DNA of 63,868 nucleotides, the filler included, from Octopus bimaculoides (lineage: Eukaryota): the NCBI RefSeq assembly GCF_001194135.2. It is 4 parts of 4 records of this genome, joined end to end, with 100 filler letters (N's around TTAATTAATTAA, not from the genome) between each part and the next. Parts side by side here need not be neighbours in the genome. Positions count along the whole stretch, not along the records: positions 31,419 to 61,509 come from NC_068988.1; 3 more parts are not named here. One strand, 5' to 3'. A model generated the notes under the pieces. That model ran no database searches, was not told where the DNA came from, and saw nothing but the letters and a program-made list of their open reading frames with translations. The position numbers were made by a program, and so were the translations under genes. Numbering within the stretch: position 1 is the first letter of the stretch; each line of letters begins with the position of its first letter. Positions 36,277 through 48,401 of this stretch are shown here, one piece after another.

Positions 36277-36444
36277 ACGACGGACTTCCACACAATACCC
36301 GTCTACCAAATCCATTCACATAGCATTAGTCGGCCAAAAACTACAGTAGAAGTCTCTTGCTCAAGGTGCCTCGAATTGGGACTGAACCGAAAACCACATG
36401 GCTGCAAAGAGAGCGGCTTCACCACACAGCCATACATGCGCCTA
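36277..36444 (-). mobile_element. SINE family B 5' half
   Basis: GTCTACCAAATCCA..CAAGGTGCC..GGGACTGAACC..CACCACACAGCCAT..GCGCCTA (reverse complement of the head). Confidence 0.8.
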
Positions 36445-36628
36445 AATGAGAGGAAAGTAAAAATGCGTCAATATCAAAACGTATATGCACCATGACGGTA
36501 AAATAAGGATGTACTATGCACTGCAATAAATGAATGGACCAACTTACAACTGCCAAGTGTTGGTTAAATTTTGATGTCTACATTTCTAATTTCCATAGAT
36601 AAGATTTCTAACCAGAAATGACAGTCAC

Positions 36629-36630
36629 AT

Positions 36631-36687
<57 letters not shown>

Positions 36688-36709
36688 CAGCAGCAGCAGC
36701 AGCAGCAAC

Positions 36710-36762
<53 letters not shown>

Positions 36763-36970
36763 ATAAGGGGAGGGGANNNNNNNNNNGGAGGGATAATGGG
36801 AGGAGGAGGGATAAGGGGAGGAAGAGGGATAAGGGGAGGAAGAGGGATAAGGGGAGGAAGAGGGATAAGGGGAGGAAGAGGAGGAGGGATAAGGAGGAGG
36901 AGGGGGATAAGGAGGAGGATGGATAAAGGGGAAGAGGAGGAATAAGGGGAAGGATGAGGGTAAAGGAGGA
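36629..36970. repeat. (TAG)n/(CAG)n microsatellite followed by an 18-bp purine-rich minisatellite
   Basis: Four perfect GAGGGATAAGGGGAGGAA units at 36806-36877, with degenerate flanking units. Confidence 0.92.
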
Positions 36971-37738
36971 GGAAGTATTTAGTCGAAGTACAGCTCTGAT
37001 TCAAAACGTTCTAGCTTTGAATATTCTGTATATTACATTTATATATCATGGCTTTCATTGTTCAACGTGTCCTTTTTTGTTGATGATGTTACGATGTGAT
37101 TTGACCCATGCTTTTTGTACGTCAAATGGCTACAACACGCCGATATATCACCCCGCCTCAGATCTTTTATAGCCATAAACAATCTGGCGCTGATAAAAAA
37201 AAAAGTGGAATCTATGGTATCTTATTTCTTATGAGGCCCAGCAAAAACCTTCATCAAGAAATCCTTAATTTGCTTATTCAAGTAGAAAGAAAGAAAGAAA
37301 GAAAGAAAGAAGGAAAAATAAAAGGCGAAGTTGATTTGAACACAAAATACAGAGGACTGTTTCTAAAATTCGCATGGCAATTTGTCCGACAAGCTACCGA
37401 ATCTATCAATCCAGGTTGCTTCACCGCTTCTCTACCTAAAATTTATGACCAAAGTCAATCGTTTAATATCTTAAAAAGCTTAATATCAAAGACAATCTAA
37501 ATCACTCCTGTTTTTGACTCTAAGTATAGCTTACAAAGAGAGATTATATTGTATATCACTGTATCTCCGTCAATAGCCAGCATCAAAGTTAATAAATAAA
37601 CACTCAAACATGTTGTTCCGAATCGAATCCCTTCTGAAGAATTTCTCTCTTTGACTTCCCTTAGTTCACTCAAATGAATGAGTTGTACGCATATTTCTTG
37701 AGATTATAGATAGATAGATAGACAGACAGACAGAAAAA

Positions 37739-38030
37739 TACCGGATGTAAATCTATTTGAGGACATATTTAGTAATTTAATTAAACAATTCTATCAAAAA
37801 CCAAAGTGCAGTTTAACAATTTTTGCACATGTTTTCCATAAGATTTCTCACAAGACTACTCCTAAAATCCCCCTTCAATTTCGATGAATGAATTCAATAT
37901 GTGAATTGATGACATTCTTATCTCAGTGAAGCTATGGTATTGTTCAGATGTCGATATGTCTCACTTTCAGCAACGATCCAAACGTAGTAGTCCATAGCAT
38001 TTAAGCCTCTGGAGTTAGAAGGCCAAATGT
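37739..38030 (-). mobile_element. Tc1/mariner (maT/DD37D-like) 3' fragment with TIR
   Basis: Minus-strand WPSNSRGLNAMDYYVWIVAESETYRHLNNTIASLR resembles WPPNSPDLNPLDYYVW..TIDSLK. It ends at a TIR-like TACCGGATGTAAATCTATTTGAGGAC. Confidence 0.75.
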
Positions 38031-38167
38031 TTATTACATGATAACACGCATTATTTATATTATTTACATTTCACGGATATTTGTCTTGGGGAAATTTCGA
38101 ACCTGGGTTCTCATTCCTAAGGTATATTTCGATGTTATTATTATCATTATTATTATTAATATTATTA

Positions 38168-38250
38168 CTCAGGTCACTGCCTGGAATCGAACTCGGAATC
38201 TTCGGGTTAATAGCCCGCGCTCTTATACACTACGCCATATGCCCGTGGGC
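38168..38250 (-). mobile_element. Short tRNA-like SINE with (TAA)n tail
   Basis: TGGCGTAGTG (A box)..GAGTTCGATTCC (B box). No closed acceptor stem; it runs into TAATAAT. Confidence 0.75.
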
Positions 38251-39339
38251 AAGTATCGAGTGAATTTTAAGGACTTATAAATCTATTATTTTCCTATACT
38301 TCCTTAGTACCGGTTCCATCAAATGACATTCAACTGTTACAGTATGGCTGCCATCTAACATGATACAAGTAAAAGAATCCAAGAATACCAACTCATATTC
38401 ATCATTACAAGATATATTTCTTTCCTTTTTTATTTTGAAAGCTCGCCGTAGACAACTTTGTCTTGCATCTCTTTTCAGAAGCTAATAAAGTAATATAATA
38501 CTACTACTGGTTAGCAAAGGGTAAATTTGAAGGTAGACGGTCTTTATTATATACTCTGCTACGTCCTTAACAGAATATACCATGCCTATATATAAATATA
38601 TATATNNNNNNNNNNNNNNNNNNNNNNNNNNNNNNNNNNNNNNNNNNNNNNNNNNNNNNNNNNNNNNNNNNNNNNNNNNNNNNNNNNNNNNNNNNNNNNN
38701 NNNNNNNNNNNNNNNNNNNNNNNNNNNNNNNNNNNNNNNNNNNNNNNNNNNNNNNNNNNNNNNNNNNNNNNNNNNNNNNNNNNNNNNNNNNNNNNNNNNN
38801 NNNNNNNNNNNNNNNNNNNNNNNNNNNNNNNNNNNNNNNNNNNNNNNNNNNNNNNNNNNNNNNNNNNNNNNNNNNNNNNNNNNNNNNNNNNNNNNNNNNN
38901 NNNNNNNNNNNNNNNNNNNNNNNNNNNNNNNNNNNNNNNNNNNNNNNNNNNNNNNNNNNNNNNNNNNNNNNNNNNNNNNNNNNNNNNNNNNNNNNNNNNN
39001 NNNNNNNNNNNNNNNNNNNNNNNNNNNNNNNNNNNNNNNNNNNNNNNNNNNNNNNNNNNNNNNNNNNNNNNNNNNNNNNNNNNNNNNNNNNNNNNNNNNN
39101 NNNNNNNNNNNNNNNNNNNNNNNNNNNNNNNNNNNNNNNNNNNNNNNNNNNNNNNNNNNNNNNNNNNNNNNNNNNNNNNNNNNNNNNNNNNNNNNNNNNN
39201 NNNNNNNNNNNNNNNNNNNNNNNNNNNNNNNNNNNNNNNNNNNNNNNNNNNNNNNNNNNNNNNNNNNNNNNNNATATATATACACGCAGATACACAATAC
39301 ACACACGTACCTATATGTTTATATATATTATATACAATG

Positions 39340-39372
<33 letters not shown>

Positions 39373-39619
39373 CATAATATACATAAATCATGTGTGTGTG
39401 TGGGGGGGGGGTCTGTGTGTGTGTTCATACATTCTTTAGTTACAGTCTGGGGGTCTAGTAGGTATCAAATGACATTCAACTGTTACAGTTTGATTCGTGC
39501 TGTTCATTTCGTACATTGTATTTACAACAATGAATGGCGGACAAGTATGTTACTCGCGCAAGGCATTAACAATTTCACTGAGTATATAACAGTAATTATT
39601 GCTTCGATGTTTATATATA

Positions 39620-39654
<35 letters not shown>

Positions 39655-39655
39655 T

Positions 39656-39689
<34 letters not shown>

Positions 39690-40569
39690 CATATAAATAT
39701 ATACAGAGATGCGTATACCTACACATAAATGTATAAATGTATATTCATATATATTTATATATATATATTATATTATATTTCTGTTTCTCTATTTGTGTGT
39801 TGGTATGACTTGTGTGCTTGTTTGTTTACTACGTATATGTGCATGTATGGGTGTGTTTCTCTGGAAATACTTGTGTACACATACATGTATCTAGTATAAC
39901 TCTGCGATAGTGTATGCAGTGTTTTGTGAATGAGTGCGTATAAGTTTTTATTTGTTTCTTTTTTATTTAATGTATATCATGTTATGTGATTGAGTATTCG
40001 TGAATGACGCATGTGCTTTATGCGTTTCTGTATTCATGAATACATTCTTGTGTGTTTTAACGCCAGCAATTGTATATGCTTGCGTGAGTGTATATGTCTA
40101 TGTTTGTCTATATATAAGTATATCTGTACATCTGCGTCTATATTTGTGTATGTGAGTGAAGAGACTAGAACACGAAACCTCGTGTTAATTAGAGATTACT
40201 TTGTGTTCTTTGGTTTCACGTTCATATATTATTGTTTCGCTAACACCATTGTTGCTGTTTAGAAAGCAATAAACGTCGATATGTATATATGTAACCGCAA
40301 AAGACTAACTCCGCTTCCTCCCCATTCTCAAAATAAATTAAGTATAGTGATTCCAATAAATAATTATTTTGAAAATAAGACAGAAACCCGGGATTGCAGA
40401 AACTCGGGATTGAACAAGAGATGCTAAAACTTTCTAGGGTGTTGATGTGATAATCATAGTTTCAATTCCAGGACTAAACAACACTTCCATACACGCACAT
40501 ATCCGTAGTACACAATCAAGAGATACCAACACACAAATATAGAAACAGAAATATATAAGATGCTCTAAT

Positions 40570-41700
40570 CGCAATCATGTAGTTTCGGCTTGTGGTGGTT
40601 TTGGCTTGACCATCAACTTGGAAAAAACAGTTGTAATGCATCAACCTGCGTGTGGTGCTGTTTGTAACTCCCCACCAAAAAAAATTTTGTTAAGGAAAAG
40701 TTACTTGAGGTTGTCGATTCGTTCATCTACCTTAAATGACGGAAATCTTGATACAGAAATACAGCTGCGAGTTCAAAGGGCAGCAAAAGCATTTGGTGGC
40801 TTGGAGTCACGTGTTTGGTGCTAGTGACATATAAACAAGAATACAAACCTGGCTTATTACAAATCATTTGTCTTACCGTTCCTGTTGTATTCCTGTGAAA
40901 CTTAGACTTGTTATGAAAGGCATTTTAAACTGTTAGAAGAATTCCACCAAAAATGCCTTCATCGTATTTTAAAAATTAAAAGTTGTTTTACTCCAAATAA
41001 AGATATCCTTGCATCGGCAGGCATCACCTCAATTAAAGCTATAATTTTGAGGAACCAATTGAGATAGTGTGGCCATATTGCTGAAACAGATGTTATATGG
41101 TGAGCTTGCAGAGGGGGAAACGCTATCGGCGTAAACATAAAAAAAGGTTTAAGGACGACATAAGGACTATTATGAAGTCACTTGGAATAGTTCCAGAAGA
41201 TATAGAAACCCTTGCTTCGGATCAGGTTGGATGGCGAACAAAGGTGTGGAGTGGAGTAAAAGCATCTGAAGAGGCCCGGATAACGCAAGTAAGTCTCAAA
41301 AGAGATCTAAGGAGGAATGTAACGATCGAGAAGGTGAATGACAATGACCTTTTTGTGTGCACGGACAAACCATGCCTGTCTTTGGCTGGCCTCAAATCTC
41401 ACCTAGGAACGCATGGAAAACGAACCTCCACCAACTATTCTGACTATATGTCTGTGCACATCTTTGAATGCAGTGTATGCCTGGAGGTTTGCAAATCCAA
41501 CGGAGGCCTCAAAAGACACGTTAAGATCCACAAAAAGCAGAACTTATGTGCAGGTATTGGTGGTATGGAGGTACAATCTATGTGGGTGTCTTTTCAGAAC
41601 AATGTTTGGTTGAAAAAGTGACATTAGACGCCATGATGGTACAAAGGTGTAGGTACAGGAGGTGGTCAAAATTTGTATAAGGAGTAGTCAACCACCATAT
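40570..41700 (+). mobile_element. 5'-truncated RTE (BovB-like) LINE: RT end plus three C2H2 fingers
   Basis: ACGGFGLTINLEKTVVMHQP, AAKAFGGLESRVW, LLYSCET, KKRFKDDIR..LASDQVGWR, then the zinc fingers. Confidence 0.92.
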
Positions 41701-43152
41701 ATGTACAGATATACATGTACTTCCACACACACACACACACACACACACATCAAACATATATGTATACATACATATATATATATGTGNNNNNNNNNNNNNN
41801 NNNNNNNNNNNNNNNNNNNNNNNNNNNNNNNNNNNNNNNNNTATATATTGGTTTTTTTAGCAACGGTAGCAGTATTGCATATATATAATTTAGGTGTCAG
41901 CATATGATCATTAGAACGTTAGAATTCTACGTCGTGAAATATAATCTCTGACAAGATTATGTTTTGTGGAAATAGAAGTCTTATGGTGCGATGTGAATAT
42001 TGCTTCCATAATAAACGCACTATTCCACACACGATAAAACAAAGGAGGTAGAAAGAAATATTTATGCTAAAAATGCATCGATATTTATAAATACCTCACA
42101 GAAATAAAGATAATGGTCTACTATTGAACTAGGCAATGTAAGCGACTCATTCAATCTGCAGGCTGGAAGAAGATAACCTTTTTACAAATGGAGGTAAAAA
42201 TACAGTCTTGGCTGAATGGCGAAGAAAAAAAAGAAAAAAAGATACCCTGAAACGAAAAACTCTGTTTCGTGAGGGACAAGTTTAACTCTCTTTGAACGAT
42301 TCCTGCTCTGTTTGAGAGTGCTCAGTTTGTACGTTTTGTGCTCCACTTACCACTATCGAAACGAAACACTTCTAAGCCACCAGAAGAGAAAAAGAAGAAA
42401 TCAAAAGACAGGAAAGAAAAACTCGACAAAATCAACCTCGTCCTCCACCAATATTATTCCCATGCAGTCAATGCCATTACTTCATCAACGGCATCGCCAT
42501 AAAGGAAGCGTTCAGCAAAGAAGAAAATAAATTCTCGGACACGAGATAAAGCTGATGACGATGATATATTACATATATTTAGGTGGAATATTAGGTTGTA
42601 CGATTAAGAGAAATAAAACACAATATTATGAATATTTTTATTATTGTGCTTATAACCGTAAACCTATATCTCTGACTCAAGTACATAGACATTCGTGCCA
42701 AAGTATTTGTAAAGAAGAAGAATATTTTACAAACAGTGTGAAATATCTTTATCAGAGAATCCATCATCCACTCAGTTTGGCCAATCAAGATCTTTATTTT
42801 CGAAAATAAGAGTTAATTACCATGTTCCATCAACAAACTAGCATATTTTGAAAAATAATTAGTTCTCAAGAACGCTGTTTATTATCAACTTTTTTTTTAT
42901 TTTTCGAGCATTAAAATATTGAATTCCTATCATTTTCTCTTCTCATTCTTTCTCTTTTCTTCGGTATCTCTCATCTTCTTACTGGACTTCATAGTTTTGC
43001 TCACTGCTTCATTCATCCTCTTAATTCTCCATTCTTCATTCTTCTTCTTTTACTATAACTACTACTACTACTACTAAAACTACAACTATTGATGCTGCTT
43101 CTTTCTTTTCTTTTTCGCCACTGTTTTACTCTCAATAATGTATATATGTGTG

Positions 43153-43330
43153 TTAAGGTGGCAAGCTGGAAACATTGTCGTCATGCCGAGCAAAATCCTT
43201 AGCGACATTTCGTCCGTCTTTACTTTTTGAGTTCAAATTGCACTGGGACAGTTGAGCGCTGGTGTCCATGTAACCGACTTACCCCATGTCCCATGCTTTC
43301 TGGTCTTTTGCCAAAATTTGAAAAGCAATG
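43153..43330 (+). mobile_element. SINE family A head (degenerate)
   Basis: AAGGTGGCAAGCTGG..CATTTCGTCCGTCTTTAC..GAGTTCAAATT. Confidence 0.65.
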
Positions 43331-43379
43331 TGTGCGTCTATGTGTATATATGTGTGCATATATATATGTATATATATTA

Positions 43380-43648
43380 GGCGCAGGGGTGGCTCTGTGG
43401 TAAGTAGCTTGCTTACCAACCACGTCGTTCCATGTTCATTCCTACAGCATGGCACCTTGGTCAAGTGTATTGTACTATAGCTACAGGCCGACCAAATCTT
43501 TGTGAGTGGATTTGATAGACGGAAACTTAAAGAAGCCCACCGTATATATGTATATATATATGTGTGTGCGTGTGTGTGTGTGTATGTGTGTATGTGTTTG
43601 TCCCCCAACTTCGCTTGACAACCGATGGTGGTGTGTTTACGTCCCCGT
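43380..43648 (+). mobile_element. SINE family B, 3'-truncated
   Basis: GGCGCAGGGGTGGCTCTGTGGTAAGTAGCTTGCTTACCAACCAC head. It stops at TTTACGTCCCCGT. Confidence 0.9.
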
Positions 43649-43649
43649 T

Positions 43650-44003
43650 TTCCAACATGATAATGCAAGACCGTACATTTCTTTGGGAATCAGTCAAACG
43701 TTGCTGCAGCTCGGCTGGGATGTGTTACCCAACCCTCCATATTCACCAGATATTGCTTCTTTGGATTTCCACTTATCCAGGTCTCTGCAGAATAGTCTTA
43801 ATGGTAAAAGTGTCAATTCCTTGGATGACATAAAAAGATACCTTGATGAATGCTTTGCCATGAAACCACCTCAATTCTGGGAAGAGGGTATTTTCAAGTT
43901 AAAGGAAAGATGGAGACGCGTTGTTCAACAAAATGGTTAATATTTGGTTGATTAAAAATATAATGGCAAGTATTTATTGACCTTTTTCTTTCCTTTAAAA
44001 ATC
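43650..44003 (+). mobile_element. Mariner transposase catalytic C-terminal fragment
   Basis: FQHDNARP..LGWDVLPNPPYSPDIASLDFHL..FWEEGIFKLKERWRRVVQQNG*YLVD*. Confidence 0.93.
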
Positions 44004-44929
44004 NNNNNNNNNNNNNNNNNNNNNNNNNNNNNNNNNNNNNNNNNNNNNNNNNNNNNNNNNNNNNNNNNNNNNNNNNNNNNNNNNNNNNNNNNNNNNNNNN
44101 NNNNNNNNNNNNNNNNNNNNNNNNNNNNNNNNNNNNNNNNNNNNNNNNNNNNNNNNNNNNNNNNNNNNNNNNNNNNNNNNNNNNNNNNNNNNNNNNNNNN
44201 NNNNNNNNNNNNNNNNNNNNNNNNNNNNNNNNNNNNNNNNNNNNNNNNNNNNNNNNNNNNNNNNNNNNNNNNNNNNNNNNNNNNNNNNNNNNNNNNNNNN
44301 NNNNNNNNNNNNNNNNNNNNNNNNNNNNNNNNNNNNNNNNNNNNNNNNNNNNNNNNNNNNNNNNNNNNNNNNNNNNNNNNNNNNNNNNNNNNNNNNNNNN
44401 NNNNNNNNNNNNNNNNNNNNNNNNNNNNNNNNNNNNNNNNNNNNNNNNNNNNNNNNNNNNNNNNNNNNNNNNNNNNNNNNNNNNNNNNNNNNNNNNNNNN
44501 NNNNNNNNNNNNNNNNNNNNNNNNNNNNNNNNNNNNNNNNNNNNNNNNNNNNNNNNNNNNNNNNNNNNNNNNNNNNNNNNNNNNNNNNNNNNNNNNNNNN
44601 NNNNNNNNNNNNNNNNNNNNNNNNNNNNNNNNNNNNNNNNNNNNNNNNNNNNNNNNNNNNNNNNNNNNNNNNNNNNNNNNNNNNNNNNNNNNNNNNNNNN
44701 NNNNNNNNNNNNNNNNNNNNNNNNNNNNNNNNNNNNNNNNNNNNNNNNNNNNNNNNNNNNNNNNNNNNNNNNNNNNNNNNNNNNNNNNNNTGGCTTATTC
44801 GCAATTTTACAACCTAAAGGCACAAATATAGACTTCACTAAGTGACACAAGAGTCAAAACACCTCAATAGCCACAAAATGCATTATTTTAATGACTGACA
44901 AGGGAAGTAAGCTCCCTACAGTAGCAGAC

Positions 44930-44978
44930 AAAGCCAGATCATAGATGCTTTCGCATTTTAATGCTCATCAGTGGCTCT
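44930..44978 (-). ncRNA. Type-I hammerhead ribozyme, nearly intact
   Basis: Minus strand AGAGCCA-CTGATGA-GCAT(TAAA)ATGC-GAAA-GCA(TCTA)TGA-TC-TGGCTTT. The core is complete, stem I is 7 bp, stem II is 4 bp, stem III has one G.A mismatch, and the triplet is AUC. Confidence 0.78.
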
Positions 44979-44988
44979 CATATATATA

Positions 44989-45374
44989 TTCGTTCTTTTA
45001 CTTGTTTCAGTCATTTGACTGAGGCCATGCTGGAGCACGGCCTTCTAGTGTTTTAGTCGAAGAAATCGACCCCAGGACTTATTTTTTAAATCCTAGTGCT
45101 CATTCTACCAAGAAATTTTGCAGAACCGCTAATTTACTGGGACGTAAAGACACCGACACCGGGTGTCAGGCGGTGATGGGGGTCAGACACAGACATAAAA
45201 TCACAGACACATAGATATATGCATATATGTGCGACGGGTTTCCTTCAGTTTCTGTCAACTAAATCCACTCATGAAGATTTGGTCGGCCCGAGGCTATCGT
45301 AGAAGAAACGTTCCCATGGTGCCACGCAATAGGACTGAAACTGAAATCATGTGGTTGGGAAGCAAGCATTCTTA
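44989..45374 (-). mobile_element. SINE family B
   Basis: CTTGTTTCAGTCATTTGACTGAGGCCATGCTGGAGCAC tail and GGTCGGCCCGAGGCTAT..GGTGCCACGC..GGTTGGGAAGCAAGC head region. Confidence 0.9.
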
Positions 45375-46104
45375 TTTTTTTCTTTTGCAGTATCTACAAC
45401 TGAGAAAGAAACAACACTCCTTTGAAATACACGCTCAGATACAGTGACATATATAACCACATATTCACACACACATGTACAAGCACGCCGCACACACACA
45501 CAGACACACACATACACACACACACATATGTACATGGGCACAATCTTATGCTCGCCGCAAATAAGAAGCATTTATATATGCGCACAGATTCAAACAATTA
45601 CACGTACACAAAAACAGACCCTTGATCAACACACATAAATGAACATTTGGCACACCCTCGTCAAACTTGACCTTATGTTGTGTGCGTGTGTTTGTCGGTA
45701 TGAATGCGTGTGAATGGTTGTGAATGTGTCAATGTGTGTGCATCTGAGCATGACTGTATGACTTTATCTGCGAAAATGTTTGTATGCGTCCTTATAAATG
45801 TGTACGAGTGACTTACATTTTATTTTACACATGTTAAAACAGTGATAAGACGTCGCTGCACACAGAAACATACACGCAGACACAGAGATAGACACACACA
45901 TACTCAGAAACATACAATCTTTGTGGATATGTCATATACAAAGACACAGAGGTACATACAACGCCATGTAGACGCACGTACGCAAGCATGCTAATACAAG
46001 CACGCACAGGTATACACAGAAATGCACATACAAGCACAAACACACACACACACACCTAAATAATATATGCACACACAGACCAAAACACACGCGTGCACAC
46101 ACAG

Positions 46105-46135
<31 letters not shown>

Positions 46136-46887
46136 TACGCACACATACGTACTCTCTCGCGCACAAATTATTCTTACTGATAAGAAAATTCAACACAAAT
46201 TCGCAAACTTGTTCGTTATTAACATTAATTAAAACCTTTGACTACTACTGCTGCTGATTACGCTGTATATACAATGAGTGTATGTATATACACATGAGTA
46301 TATATGTGTATGTATTCATGTGTATATATGCAAATATCTGCATACCTATATGTAGGAACGTACATATCCTAGCATTAAAATGCACGTTTATATGTTTGCA
46401 TAAATATATTCATGTACTTTTGTATATGTATGATGTGAATGGGTGTGTGTGTGCGTGTGTGTATACAGGAAAGAAAAGAGAGAGAGCTAGAGATGTATAT
46501 GTGTCTATACTTTGATTTTTCACTCTCTTGCAATAAAGTTTTTTTTCATCTCATACAGTTTTATTTTATACATATCTTTGCTTGCCTTATCTTCTTTTAA
46601 TTGATTATACATACANNNNNNNNNNNNNNNNNNNNNNNNNNNNNNNNNNNNNNNNNNNNNNNNNNNNNNNNNNNNNNNNNNNNNNNNNNNNNNNNNNNNN
46701 NNNNNNNNNNNNNNNNNNNNNNNNNNNNNNNNNNNNNNNNNNNNNNNNNNNNNNNNNNNNNNNNNNNNNNNNNNNNNNNNNNNNNNNNNNNNNNNNNNNN
46801 NNNNNNNNNNNNNNNNNNNNNNNNNNNNNNNNNNNNNNNNNNNNNNNNNNNNNNNNNNNNNNNNNNNNNNNNNNNNNNNNNNNNNNN

Positions 46888-46927
<40 letters not shown>

Positions 46928-47520
46928 TGATAACGATAACGATAATGATAATACAAAAATACAAGGAAAATATATAAAAAAAAATATATACAAAAGTTAT
47001 AATCATTAAAAAAAGTTTAAAATAAATTACTTTTCCTCATTCGTCGCTTATACGTCAAAATAACATTCCTATTTTGAAAGTTAATAGCATCAGATAACTT
47101 TTACGTTGGATATTTCTACAAGACGATAATACGCGATAAAGATCACGAAAGAATAATTAAAACGAAAGATAGAAAGCAAAAAAAAGTGGGAAAAGAAAAA
47201 ACGGAAAACAGTGAGAAGAAAATGCGGAAAGAACTGAAAGTACGAACCAAAAAAAAAAAAAACCAAAGAAACATAAAACAAAAGAAATAAACAAATCTAA
47301 GAAAGTATGATGTAAAGACAAAGAAATTTTAACGAAAGGAAAAAAAGCATAAAATATATAAATAAATAAATAAAAAACGAGAAGTAACAGATAAAATGAA
47401 AGAATGAAAGTTATATAATTAAAGTATTGAAATTGCGTAGCAATTTAAATTGATTGGTGAAGTCGATTCTTTCTAATGAGATAGCTGCTGCTGTTCTGTA
47501 TTTATTTATTTAATTATTCA

Positions 47521-47576
<56 letters not shown>

Positions 47577-47727
47577 TGTGTGAACGAATATGTACATCCG
47601 TTAGTATGTATGTACATATGCATATAAATATATATCTGTGTTTGTGCATACATGTGTATATTTTATATTTGTGTGTACGTGTGTTTGCACCAACACCTAA
47701 ATGCATGTACAGATTGACATATATTTA

Positions 47728-47787
<60 letters not shown>

Positions 47788-48184
47788 AAACACTATTCAG
47801 TAACAAAATAAACTTTCAACAGCTGTCGATTTAGACATCTCAGTGATTTCGGCATGTGACGATGGTACAGCTGTCTTTAATGGTGCCAGCAATTTCATTT
47901 TACTGGTTACTGTCATTACTACAGGGGTGTGAGCAGTAAAATGGAGTGAAAGCTAGCTGTGTATGCATATTATCAAGAGAAAGCACAACAGAAAAGGATC
48001 CCAAATATATAAGGAAATATTTCAGTATAACGATTACCAACAAAAAACTGGACTGTATGTGTACAATGAAGCAAGTTAAGACTTCAAACATAAAATAACT
48101 GTTAAGATGTTTTGACTGAACAAGAAATAATAGGATAAAATTCCACATATACAATAGAAGCAGTATCAAATTTGAATTACCATC

Positions 48185-48401
48185 TACGAAGGGGAGCTTA
48201 AAAGTTCCTGGCTTTAATGGTATCCAGAAGGGCCTGGTTGGAGACCCAACCTCCCGAGTTCTTTTACAGGACTCAGATAAGCTGATCCACCACTGCAATA
48301 AGTGTGTGAAACTGAGAGGAGAATATGTTGAATAAATAATTGACTGATTCTCCTGTATTTTCTTTTACCAAAAGCCAGTAACTTTTCAGCACCGCCTTGT
48401 A
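48185..48401 (+). mobile_element. Mariner-derived MITE (217 bp)
   Basis: Imperfect TIRs TACGAAGGGGAGCTTAAAAGTTCCTGGCTTT and AAAGCCAGTAACTTTTCAGCACCGCCTTGTA, with TA ends. The interior encodes a transposase C-terminal remnant (KLIHHCNKCVKLRGEYVE*). Confidence 0.85.

Noticed and set aside
37800-37930. CR1-type RT motif reading of this segment
   Set aside because: It is better explained as the 3' end of the Tc1/mariner element, given the WPSNS..DYYVW motif and TIR.
42300-42510. Lys-rich frame SKRNTSKPPEEKKKKSKDRKEKLDKINLVLHQYY
   Set aside because: It is driven by a purine-rich low-complexity tract, has only a weak acceptor and no recognisable domain.
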